64,000 nucleotides of DNA from a bacterium (lineage in GTDB: Bacteria; UBA8248). Numbering within the stretch: the first letter of the stretch is position 1; each line of letters begins with the position of its first letter. Both the position numbers and the translations under genes were made by a program. The notes below the pieces were generated by a model. It did not search any database. It was not told where the DNA came from and saw only the letters and a program-made list of their open reading frames with translations. Location of the stretch: assembly GCA_965221165.1 (NCBI GenBank), contig CBDCRP010000002.1, forward strand, positions 448,001 to 512,000, written 5' to 3'. This document shows, piece after piece, positions 52,345-62,100 of the stretch.

Positions 52345-52417
52345 GGGGGGTGTGGATGGTTCCCAGGTCAGGACTTAGGCCCCCGTCCTTGGGGTTCGAT
52401 TCCCCAACCCTCCACCA
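52345..52417 (+). ncRNA. tRNA-like RNA with Ala-type acceptor (G3:U70, A73) and non-canonical D/anticodon region
   Basis: GGGGGGT/ACCCTCC-A-CCA acceptor; T arm TGGGG-TTCGATT-CCCCA; the middle does not fold into a standard cloverleaf. Confidence 0.55.
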
Positions 52418-52423
52418 ATCTCA

Positions 52424-52648
52424 TTACTTCGATGTTCCTTTGTTCCACCGCGAATTTGCGGCTTTTTGTGCAATCTCTTTTCGTCTTTCAGGTGATAGCT
52501 TTTCTGCGCGGGCACGTCCGCCCGATCTGCCAAGTATCTGCCCAGCGGTCTGAGTCTCCACAACTTCACCCACCGCAATCTTGGCTACATTGACTGCGCA
52601 CCCTACCACATCACCGGGTCTTTTCTGTCCTTGTGGGCCAGTAGCCAT
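52424..52648 (-). CDS. Small basic IS-associated protein
   Basis: KRPGD, GRSGGRARAEKLSPERRKEIAQKAANSRW; a type I recognise from IS1/IS1595-like elements; AAGGA RBS. Confidence 0.8.
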   Translation of the reverse strand: MATGPQGQKRPGDVVGCAVNVAKIAVGEVVETQTAGQILGRSGGRARAEKLSPERRKEIAQKAANSRWNKGTSK

Positions 52649-52775
52649 GTCGAAAATTCCTTTTATGCAATGACGACTATTATCGTCACACGACGATTAT
52701 TGTTGCAACCCCTTTCGAAGTCAAGGGAAAATGGAGGGCGATAAATTTCAAAGTGAGACACTACCCCTTTTTCAC

Positions 52776-52804
52776 TTGACACCCGATGCTCCTTCACCTA
52801 CCTT
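52776..52804 (+). promoter_or_regulatory. sigma70 promoter for tRNA-Ala
   Basis: TTGACA, 17 nt, TACCTT; ends 14 nt upstream of the tRNA. Confidence 0.6.
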
Positions 52805-52818
52805 CAAGTTCCTTTTGT

Positions 52819-52894
52819 GGGGGTGTAGCTCAGATGGGAGAGCGCGTGGATCGCACCCACGAGGTCAGGGGTTCGAATCCCCTCACCTCCACCA
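52819..52894 (+). tRNA. tRNA-Ala (CGC)
   Basis: Canonical 76-nt cloverleaf; CGTGG-ATCGCAC-CCACG anticodon arm; G3:U70; ACCA. Confidence 0.95.
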
Positions 52895-52944
52895 ATTCGA
52901 TTTCATGAACAGATTCCATTTTTCAGAAATTGCAACCTTTACGC

Positions 52945-53787
52945 CTAGAGCATGGCGATAGCCGCATCTCGCGTCCTCATGCCTTCTTGCACTCCGCGTT
53001 TTTCAGCCACTTCATTCATGCATGAAATGATGCCATCTTCCCAAGTGCTCATCACATCGCCAATGCGCGCGCTCATGGCACCAACCGCAGCCACCGCGAT
53101 ACCCTCTCGCGCCAGATAAGAAAAAGCAGCGATACCAGAGTCATCTTTCCCCCGACCCGCATCATTCGCAATGACACCCTTGAGATTGAGCTTGATGACA
53201 TGCGGAACGAGAGTGAGTCCGCAATGCGAGGCTTGGATAAAAATATCATCGGGCCTTGGCTCTTTTATAGAACGCAGGACGGGAATTCCCCATGAGGCAC
53301 GTATATTGCCATCAGGAAAATGCTCTAATTCATAAATTCTATCATCAAGACTCTCTTCAATAATCACTTTTCGGCCCACTTCCCCATTGAGCAAACAATT
53401 CGAGGCCTCAGCTATTGACTGACCGATTTCAACACCTAGGTCTTGAGCTGCTTGATTCGCATGGCCAACTTTACCTTCATACACAGATTCGCCCACTGCG
53501 AGCCTCGCTGACATGGTCTCGCACGCTAAGGCCGGCACATTATATTCCTGAGCCAAGCAGAGGCCACTGATACCAGCATCATCCTTGCCAACTCCCGCCG
53601 CATGTGCGACCACTGCTCTCGCACCCAAGCGCATTGCCCAGGCAATTGTCATGCGTGCAGCATAAGAACCCCCAATGAGAACATCCCTTTCACCAACCCT
53701 GTGATCAAAATATGTCATCGAGTCCGCTGAGAGAACGCGGCCACGCATGTCTTCATGATGAATAATTTGCTCATCTGTCGCCATCAT
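52945..53787 (-). CDS. Hypothetical protein with internal domain duplication
   Basis: Two copies of (A/D)AGxGKDDxGI...SAR(L/I)...GV..G...A. Confidence 0.75.
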   Translation of the reverse strand: MMATDEQIIHHEDMRGRVLSADSMTYFDHRVGERDVLIGGSYAARMTIAWAMRLGARAVVAHAAGVGKDDAGISGLCLAQEYNVPALACETMSARLAVGESVYEGKVGHANQAAQDLGVEIGQSIAEASNCLLNGEVGRKVIIEESLDDRIYELEHFPDGNIRASWGIPVLRSIKEPRPDDIFIQASHCGLTLVPHVIKLNLKGVIANDAGRGKDDSGIAAFSYLAREGIAVAAVGAMSARIGDVMSTWEDGIISCMNEVAEKRGVQEGMRTRDAAIAML

Positions 53788-53843
53788 GTTTCCTTTTTCA
53801 TAAGTCATGAAGCAGCATCTGTATTCTGCCGTCATTTCAGAGC

Positions 53844-53878
53844 AAAAGAAACGCCCGGTCGATATCACAACCGGGCGT
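53844..53878 (-). terminator. Intrinsic terminator after the small acidic ORF
   Basis: ACGCCCGGT-loop-ACCGGGCGT followed by TTCTTTT on the minus strand. Confidence 0.7.
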
Positions 53879-53902
53879 CCAATGATTTTCCACTACGGGG
53901 CA

Positions 53903-54070
53903 CTAATATACGGCAGGAGCATTCCCCCCTTCGCCGTCACTTAAGATGCAGAAATTTTCACTTACATTTTTATCAGGTACATCATATTCCACATCCGTCG
54001 GCAATACGTCTCCAGACTCTGCAAAAAACTCATGGTCCAGAACAACAACATTATCTGTCAATTGAATCAT
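53903..54070 (-). CDS. Small acidic peptide (55 aa) ending ...DGEGGNAPAVY
   Basis: GAGGA RBS before ATG at 54070; own terminator 25 nt after the stop. Confidence 0.55.
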   Translation of the reverse strand: MIQLTDNVVVLDHEFFAESGDVLPTDVEYDVPDKNVSENFCILSDGEGGNAPAVY

Positions 54071-54438
54071 TTCATCCTCATTCTGTGGGCGGCTCGAAAT
54101 CACTTTGCTCCAGCTTTTTTCGAACATCGCAAAGTCAGGAAATATACTCAAAAACTATCGAAAAAAGCAATACTTTTTTATCCATAACCCCTTATTTTTC
54201 AACTGAAAAATATGTTGATCCAAGCGATACTGCTATATTTTCGGGTGCTATCCGAGAATTGAAAAATCTTGAACAACGAAAAATGAAAAATATAGGAGGT
54301 GTGCAGTTCAGACGACTTTATCTTGTTCAGCACATAGTATGACTTTCATGGACGCGCGCACGACTAAACGGCTATCCACAAAATTGAGGGTTTGCGCGAT
54401 ATATTTTCTTGATGAAATGCCGGATTCGGCCGAACTAT

Positions 54439-55104
54439 TTACTCCATATCCTTCTCTTGAAATTCGATGCGCCCTCCCGGAGGTTCCACCACCAAGTGAA
54501 GCGCCTCAGCCAGCCTTCCTGAAAGGTGCCACATACCACAAATAAAAGTGAGTTCCACAATCTGACGAGCGGAGAAATATTTTTTCATTTCACCGAATGC
54601 GAAGTCGTTATTCTTTGCCGTAAGCTTCGACACCTCATCCGCCCACCGGATAACGGCTTTTTCCTTATCATCGAATAAATCGCTGTCTTTCCAATAATCG
54701 CCTTCAAGCAGATTTATCTGCTCCTGAGTAAGACCCAGAACTCGACCGAGCTCCACATTGTGCCCAATTCAGTTGTTGCATTCGGTCAATATCGCCGTTT
54801 TGACGATGACAAGCTCCATGAGGCGAATATAATCGGATTCCGTCTTTAATCGATTCGTGCGGAGCTTTTGGTCGAGGAACATCCACGCTTCCATGGTGGG
54901 AGGAGCATTCCCCAGTAGCTGCAAAAAACGCGGGACGGTGCCCCACATCCGAGTTGACCACTCATAGAGCGGAGTCAGTTCATCTTTGAGTTCAGCGGGA
55001 ATGTTATCAGGATCAACGAAAGGCAACCTCGGTAACGGACAAGCCATCATCTCGTCGGTCACGCCCAGACTATCCGGCAAGCTTGTTGCTTCGTCCATAG
55101 GCAT
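54439..55104 (-). CDS. AhpD/carboxymuconolactone decarboxylase-like selenoprotein (CxxU; Sec TGA at 54769-54771)
   Basis: In-frame fusion reads ELVIVKTAILTE-CNNU-IGHNVELG; downstream FDDKEKAVIRWADEV...QIVELT; SECIS-like hairpin present. Confidence 0.88.
54738..54753 (-). promoter_or_regulatory. Putative bacterial SECIS hairpin
   Basis: GAGCTC-GGTC-GAGTTC 15 nt after the in-frame TGA. Confidence 0.7.
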
Positions 55105-55136
55105 TGGATTCTCCTTAAAAAAGTATTGGGTGTGAT

Positions 55137-57392
55137 TTACGCGCTATTCGTCGCCAGAGCCTCACTAATATGATGCGGGCCAACGGGCAATGAAAAAACT
55201 GGTATTCCGACAGCATCCTGTATGGCGTTCACTATAGCAGCTGCAGTCGCCACTATGGGCGGTTCACCCACCCCCCGCATTCCATAGGGTGTGCCCTCGG
55301 CCGGATTGTCATACAAAACGGCATTCAATTCGGGCATATCCATGCTGGTTGGTATCAGATATTCATGGAAGGTATCGCCGTGCAAATTCCCATCCGGGTT
55401 TCTTGGTTGCTCTTCCATCAAAGCCAAACCAAGCCCCTGTATCATGGCGCCCTCAATCTGTCCGACCACAGACAATGGATTTATCGCAAATCCCACATCC
55501 TGCACACATGTAAGGCGCAAAACCCTGATTTCGCCAAGTTCCGGATTCACGGCCACATCCGCTGTCTGTCCGGTATGTATGGGACACGGAGGTGGCTTCG
55601 CGCTTTCGCCTTGTCCAATTAAAAATCCCTGAATTTCAGGGGCGGCCTTAGCCACCTGTGCAAGCGTAAGGGCTCGCTCGGGTGCCGAAGCTACCTTGAC
55701 CTGGCCATCTTCCAAAACCAGATCGTCCGCAGCGGCTTCTAGTTTTATGCTCGCCACATTCAAAATTTTATCTCGCAAATCGCGCGCGGCACTCAAGGTG
55801 GCCATTCCCACCGCGCGCGTCGCCTTGCTACCCGATGCCGCAGATGATTCGGGCACCGAATCCGTATCGCCGTTCGTATAGCGCACCTCATCCAAACCGA
55901 CGCCTAACTCCTCCGCGGCCAACTGGCATATGGAAGTACTCATGCCCGTGAGGTTCACCGTTCCAGCTATCACTTGTACGGTGCCGTCTTGATTCAAGCG
56001 AACCGTGCAACTAGACGCCTCTCCCGGCCCTGGCCAATATCCACAAGCAATCCCGCGGCCTAACTTCCAACCCTCTCCTTCAAGCTCTCCGTTTACTTCA
56101 ATCTGCTGCCCCCACTGTCCCTCTATGGCTGTTGAATCGAGGACGCTACGCATGGATGAGTTCTGCTCCTTGCCAGCCAGCGTTTCATCCCCGGGCCGAA
56201 GAGAATTGATTCGCCTTATTTCAAGCGGGTCGATCCCCATCTCGCGTGCGATGATGTCCATTTGCACTTCGGTGGCAAAGTGATACTGGGGACCGCTAGG
56301 AGCACGCACAGGACCACAAACGGGTCCATTGGTATACACCGTACATGCGCGAATTCTAACGTTGAGAATGCGATACGAACTTGATCCCATAAGCATCTTG
56401 CTACTGCATTGGAATGGCGCGCCCCGTCCATACGCCCCATGATCCATCGTGACATCAAGTTCCCGGGCGACAAAGGTACCGTCATTTTTCACAGCTGTAC
56501 GTATGGTGATGAAATGAGGGTGCCTTGGATTCACACTGATATGATCTTCTTCGCGGGTCATCTCCATGCGCACGGCTTGGTCCGTTTTCAAAGCCAATAG
56601 CGCAGCTATGTGCTCATACGTGCTCTTCAATTTTGCGCCAAAGCCACCACCAATTTCGGTAGGGATGACGCGAACCTGCGTTGCAGGAAGCCCTAGAGCC
56701 TCAGCCACGTCCGCCCGAATGGCCCACGCATCCTGCGTGGTTGTCCAGACCGTGACTTTCCCGTCCGTACCAGCTTCGGCAGTACACGCATGGGGCTCGA
56801 TGTAGCCGGCATGTACAAATGGCGTGGAAAATGTGTGCTCAAAAATACGATCCGCCTCTTTATAACCGGCGTCAACATCACCGATTTCTTTTTCAAACCG
56901 GGCGATGATGTTCTTGTCCGCATTGGGGCCAAGTCCTAATTCTTGCCAATCTTCATGTACGGCAAGACCCTTACCTGCACGGCTATCCAAGCCGTTTACC
57001 ACCGGTTCTAAAACTTCATATTCCACGCGGATCAACTCGATGGCTGCTTGGGCGGCATCCATATCCTCCGCAGCCACAGCGGCCACTGGCTCTCCGCCAT
57101 ACCGAACAAATCCATCTTGCGCAAACCAACTCTGATCTTTGATGTTGGCGCCGAATCGAATACGAGGAGCCTCATCTCGCGTCACTACAGCGCGGACGCC
57201 AGGGATATTGCGCGCCTCGGTCGCATCCACGTTTTTCACTTTTGCGTATGGATACGGGCTGCCCAACACAAGGCCTATTAGTGAACGGCTCGATGGGACG
57301 TCAGCCGCATATTTCGCACTTCCAGATACTTTGTCCGGAGCATCAATTCTGGTGAGGCCCAAGCCCGCCACTTTGTAGTCTGTCATTTCCAC
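55137..57392 (-). CDS. Xanthine dehydrogenase/aldehyde oxidoreductase family molybdopterin-binding subunit
   Basis: DKVSGSAKYAAD, IGGGFGAK, RAP, GQIEGAMIQGLG, GMRGVGEPP. Confidence 0.9.
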   Translation of the reverse strand: MEMTDYKVAGLGLTRIDAPDKVSGSAKYAADVPSSRSLIGLVLGSPYPYAKVKNVDATEARNIPGVRAVVTRDEAPRIRFGANIKDQSWFAQDGFVRYGGEPVAAVAAEDMDAAQAAIELIRVEYEVLEPVVNGLDSRAGKGLAVHEDWQELGLGPNADKNIIARFEKEIGDVDAGYKEADRIFEHTFSTPFVHAGYIEPHACTAEAGTDGKVTVWTTTQDAWAIRADVAEALGLPATQVRVIPTEIGGGFGAKLKSTYEHIAALLALKTDQAVRMEMTREEDHISVNPRHPHFITIRTAVKNDGTFVARELDVTMDHGAYGRGAPFQCSSKMLMGSSSYRILNVRIRACTVYTNGPVCGPVRAPSGPQYHFATEVQMDIIAREMGIDPLEIRRINSLRPGDETLAGKEQNSSMRSVLDSTAIEGQWGQQIEVNGELEGEGWKLGRGIACGYWPGPGEASSCTVRLNQDGTVQVIAGTVNLTGMSTSICQLAAEELGVGLDEVRYTNGDTDSVPESSAASGSKATRAVGMATLSAARDLRDKILNVASIKLEAAADDLVLEDGQVKVASAPERALTLAQVAKAAPEIQGFLIGQGESAKPPPCPIHTGQTADVAVNPELGEIRVLRLTCVQDVGFAINPLSVVGQIEGAMIQGLGLALMEEQPRNPDGNLHGDTFHEYLIPTSMDMPELNAVLYDNPAEGTPYGMRGVGEPPIVATAAAIVNAIQDAVGIPVFSLPVGPHHISEALATNSA

Positions 57393-57490
57393 CTCATAGA
57401 GAAATATGGCTTAAACCGTTAGAAGTTATGGTACTCGATAATCAATTAATGCTTTTACCACGCAACTCATAAAATTCATCTCCCATCCAC

Positions 57491-57892
57491 CTATTCAGGA
57501 ACATCCGGTGGCCTCATGCCATGCGTGGCACGAATTTTCGTTTTGATATTTCCTCTCACATTAAAATCACCTTCAATCCATATCCACTTCGGTTCACAAA
57601 CTTCAACCAAATCATCGAGTATTGTGCTGACCACTTGTTCATGAAAAATTTCTCGGTCCCTGTAATTATTGATGTAGAGTTTTAAGGACTTCAACTCGAC
57701 TATTTTATCTCCAGGAACATATTTAATGTGGATAGTGGCGAAGTCAGGAAAATTACTGATCGGGCAAAGACACGTAAATTCGGGAACAGTGAAATCGACA
57801 ACGTAATCTCTTTGCCTTGAGGGATTCGGAACAGCCGCCAGCTTCGTCTCGGCAATCATCTTCGCGCCATATTTCATCTCACCTTGAGACAT
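57491..57892 (-). CDS. queF: NADPH-dependent preQ0 reductase (type I QueF)
   Basis: [28 protein letters not shown]. Confidence 0.93.
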   Translation of the reverse strand: MSQGEMKYGAKMIAETKLAAVPNPSRQRDYVVDFTVPEFTCLCPISNFPDFATIHIKYVPGDKIVELKSLKLYINNYRDREIFHEQVVSTILDDLVEVCEPKWIWIEGDFNVRGNIKTKIRATHGMRPPDVPE

Positions 57893-57897
57893 TTTCG

Positions 57898-58958
57898 TTA
57901 TGCACCAGGGGTCAGATTCACTAACAAAGCACCGTCTTTTCGAGCCACAAACGTATCGTGCGCCTCTTGATATTCCTTGAGGGGGAAACGATGGGTGATG
58001 TATGGATCCACTTCCATTCTCCCGGCATGAATGAGCGATAAAACCTCATCTCCACAATTAGGATTCGCTCGAACACCAAAAATATCCATTTCCTCAAGCA
58101 CAACGCGTTTCCATGCCAAATCATGGATGTTGTCCGGTATGCCGGTAATGGCGACACGCGCGCCTTTTCCGCCACAATCCACACTCCACTTGAAACTATC
58201 CGTGGTTCCCGCCGTCTCCAGCACCACGTTGGCTTTCCTTCCGCCAGTCATCTCATTAATCCGTTCTGGCACACCCCCGTCTCGGTAACTGACGACTTCA
58301 GCACCTTGTTCCTCCAAAATTTCGAGTCTCTTGCCGCCTCCCACAACAATAATGCGGCCTGCGCCCATCGCCTTGGCTGATTCATAGGCGAAAACACCTA
58401 TGGGACCCGAACCCAATATCACGACCGTATCGCCGGGGTTGATGCCTGGGCGCTTCGCTGTCCAGAGACCACAAACAGCCGGGTCCACGGCTGAACCATA
58501 CTCGAAAGACATGCCTTCCGGCATCTTGTGCAGCGCACGTATATTGTTGGTCACATACTCCGCATATGAACATATGAACCTTGCGTGATATGCCCATATT
58601 GCCTGTGGCCAGTGACTGTATTTCCATAATTATAGCAGAGGTTATAGCGGCCGATGAAGCACATGCGGCAAGCGCCGCACCCTGCGTGGCTCGTACCCGC
58701 CACGGAATCACCCATCTCCAGACCGAACCCCTCGGTCATCGGACCCATTGCGACGATTCTGCCAGACCACTCATGCCCTAAAATGGACGGAAGTTTAGGC
58801 GGCCAGCGGGGAAGATGGCCCCCTTTGATGATTTCAATGTCCGTACCACAAATCGTGGTACACTCTACTTTGACAAGCACTTCTCCAATATCCGGCTCAG
58901 GAACAGGAACAGACTGAATTTCTAGCTCTTCGGGCGCGGTCATTACAACCGCTTCCAT
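57898..58958 (-). pseudogene. Zn-dependent (MDR) alcohol dehydrogenase frameshifted by an 8-bp duplication
   Basis: ICGTD, LGHE, CGACRMC...C in ORF 58551..59027; GSGPIG in ORF 57898..58554; CATATGAA tandem at 58563-58578. Confidence 0.8.
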
Positions 58959-59132
58959 GTTATCCCCTATCTCTTCGCCATAACGCACTTCGAATTGTGA
59001 GGACATAAAACTTACACTCTCCTTCAATTTGCTGCTGCTTGACGATCAGTTTTGGAATGAATGCCAGGTTCTCGCAAATCCATTACAACACCTTCCCACA
59101 AGCTGGGCAGTGATGAACGATAGTTTATCGCA

Positions 59133-62100
59133 CTAGATACCTATTTGTCCCTTCTGTGGTGAATGCACATCTACTTCTTCTCTCGTTAGCCATCTGCCCG
59201 TCCATAGGCGCCACCAAAACCGCCCGACGTCGTTTCCGATTAAAGAAATTACAGGAACCAGAACAAGCGTTATCACCGTGGCGAAAAGTAGCCCAAAACA
59301 CAAACTAATCGCCATGGGGATCAAAAATTGCGCTTGAAAACTTTTCTCGAACAATATTGGCCCCAGTCCTGCGGCTGTTGTTAATGTGGTCAGAATAATG
59401 GCTCGCCACCTGGCGACACCGGCCAAATGAAGCGCATCTTCAATCGACATCCCCTCCTTGATGCTTCGATTTGCGAAATCCAAAAGCACCAAAGAGTCGT
59501 TCACCACCACGCCGGAAAGCGCCAAGATCCCCATCATACTCAATATGGAGATATCGAACCCCATGACAACGTGTCCCCAAAAGGCGCCTACTATCCCAAA
59601 CGGAATAGCACTCATGACAATGAAGGGTTGAAAATAGCTCCTGAACAATGTGGCCAAAATCGTAAAAATAACGGCTATCGCAATTGCGAAGGCGCGGAAC
59701 AGACTGGCAAATGATTCTCTTGTTTCTTTTGCCTGACCCTCGAATCTAAATCCTATCCCCTTATAACGGTTGAAGAGTTTTGGAAAAAAGTTGGCTCTCA
59801 GGTCACTTAGGACTTCAGTGGGATTGGCGCGTTCCGAGTCAATATCGGCCGTCACATTTACAACTCTTCTCCTGGCCGCGCGTTTGATTTCATCAAGGCC
59901 TTGAATCATCTTGACTTCCGCCACTTCATAGAAAGGTATTTCCGCCCCCGAAGATGTTCTAACCCTCATATTCTTGATATCTTCGAGAGAACGCCTTTCC
60001 TCTGGCGGGTAACGCAGTTTCACCTTCACGTCCTCACGTCCACGTTGCAGACGCAGGACTTGCAGCCCGAAAAAGCTTGCGCGCAATTGACGCGCCAAGT
60101 CATCCAGGCTCACTCCCAGCACTCGAGCCTGTGATTTCAATGAAGTTTGAAACTCGAGTTTTCCGGGTCTGAAATCATCCTGGATATCGTATAAGCCGGG
60201 ATATTTTCTCAACTCCAGCTTCAACTCCTGAGCTATTCTTTTCAAAGCCTCGATATCGTCACCATAAAACTGCACATCAATCGGCTTTCCACCGGGCGGC
60301 CTAGCTCCCCCGGCGCCAAAAGTCAGGCTTATTACGTCAGCGATTTCCCCTGTCTTCTCACGCCAGCGGTTGGTAATTTCCTTCGCGCTGATCCCCCTGG
60401 CTTCTGAGGGTAGCAACTCGACGATCAACTGAGCCATATGGCTTCCCCCCGCGACACGTCCACGACTTTGGCCTTGTTCGACTTGCTCGCCCAGCATGGT
60501 AAATACATGTTTGACGATAGGCTCTCCCGTTTTCGAGCGAAAATCCTCATCAAGAGACATGGCCGCCTGTTCGATCCTTTTTGTTGCGAGTCGTGTTTGC
60601 TGAATCGGGGTGCCCTGTGGAAACAGGAGCCTGGCTTCCACCCAGTCGGAATCGAGTTTTGGGAAAAACAAAAATCTCACGTGCCCGCTTACTGCCAAAC
60701 CTACCGTCACCATGAAAACCACTACAGCAACAGCGATGATCAGGTACCTGGCGCTGAGACAAAATCTCAGAATCGGCGCATAAAATCGGTGGATCAGCCA
60801 GTTCACGGCCCTTTCGATGGTATTCCTTACTCGCGATGAGATTCCGCCCCTCCTCGGTGGCCGCACCCAGTGTCCCAAATGAGCCGGCAGAATGAACAAC
60901 GACTCGATGAGAGAAGCAATTAGTGCGGCGATGATGGCCGCCGGGAACACCGCCATGAACTTCCCGACAGTTCCCTCCATCATCAGCAGAGGTATAAAAG
61001 CAACTATGGATGTCACTACAGTGGCAATAACGGGCAAGACTACTTCATAACAGCCATCAATAGCGGCCTGAACGCGGTTTTTCCCTCTTTCCATATGTGA
61101 ATAAATATTTTCAGCCACTACGATGGCGTCGTCCACCAGGATTCCCAAAACCATGATGAACGCGAACATGGTCAGCATGTTGAGCGTACCGCCGGAAAAA
61201 CTCAAGAAACCCAGCGATGTCAGCAGGGAAATAGGAATACCCAGCGCAACCCAAAAAGAAAGGCGGATGTTCAGAAACAACCACAGAGAAATGAAGACCA
61301 AAACGAGCCCCATCCGCCCGTTTCTCAAGAGAAGATCGAGTCGATCTCGTATCAACCGCGAGGTATCCGCCCAATCGGCCAAATGCAATCCTTCGGGTAA
61401 TTCCCGGCGCTTTTTCTTCACATATGCAGCTACTGCTTTTGAAATCGAAAGCGCATCTTCTTTCTCGGTCCGGTACACTGTGATGAGAGCAGCCGGTTTC
61501 CCATCGAATCGACCCGTTCTATCGCTGTCCTCAAAGGCATCGACCACACGAGCGATATCACCAAGTCTCAAAATGGTGCCGTCTTTCTGAGTGAGTATTT
61601 CAAGCCGCTCGAACTCGAGACCCGTATAACGCTTTCCCAATGTTCTGATCCTGATTCTCCGCTCCGAAGAACGGATATCACCACCTGAAAGCTCCAGCAC
61701 GTTTTTGCGAATGATATTCGCAAGCCGCTCAAACGTGAGGCCATGGCGGCGAAGCGTTTCCTCAGACATTTCGATTGAAATTTCCCAATCCTTCAACCCG
61801 GTCAGAACCACCTTGGAAATGTTGGACATATCCACCAAATCATCCTTGATTTCTGTGGCTTTGCGTTTGAGGATTTCTTCTGAAACGTTTCCGAATAAGG
61901 AAAGGTGAACCACCTGATTCGTCCGCTTTACTTCCGTAACGACGGGCCTTTCTATGTCCTCAGGCAATGTGTTGATACGGTCGATCTCACCTCTTATATC
62001 TTCCATCAACTCCCGGGAGTCTTTAATCCAAGAATGTAACTCCACCATCACATTGCAGCGCCCTTCATAGGCGACCGAATTTATTTTTTTTATCCCCTCC

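Larger units (their letters stand above)
50151..52765 (-). mobile_element. IS1-family insertion sequence with passenger genes (2615 bp)
   Basis: Perfect 21-bp terminal IRs GGTAGTGTCTCACTTTGAAAT (50151-50171 / 52745-52765); 8-bp TSD CCTTTTTC (50143-50150 / 52766-52773); intact DDE transposase. Confidence 0.93.

Noticed and set aside
52345-52417. tmRNA (ssrA) call
   Set aside because: Only 73 nt, with no tag reading frame or pseudoknots; kept as tRNA-like RNA.
52126-52961. ORFs 52126..52332, 52225..52593, 52350..52553, 52375..52578 and 52731..52961
   Set aside because: They overlap tRNA or tRNA-like sequences, the IS end, or the better-supported 74-aa gene.
53755-54342. 195-aa + strand ORF
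   Set aside because: No recognisable motifs; antisense to the small ORF that has an RBS and terminator.
58551-58580. Selenocysteine read-through or programmed frameshift in the ADH
   Set aside because: The two halves are in different frames and the exact 8-bp duplication fully explains the break.
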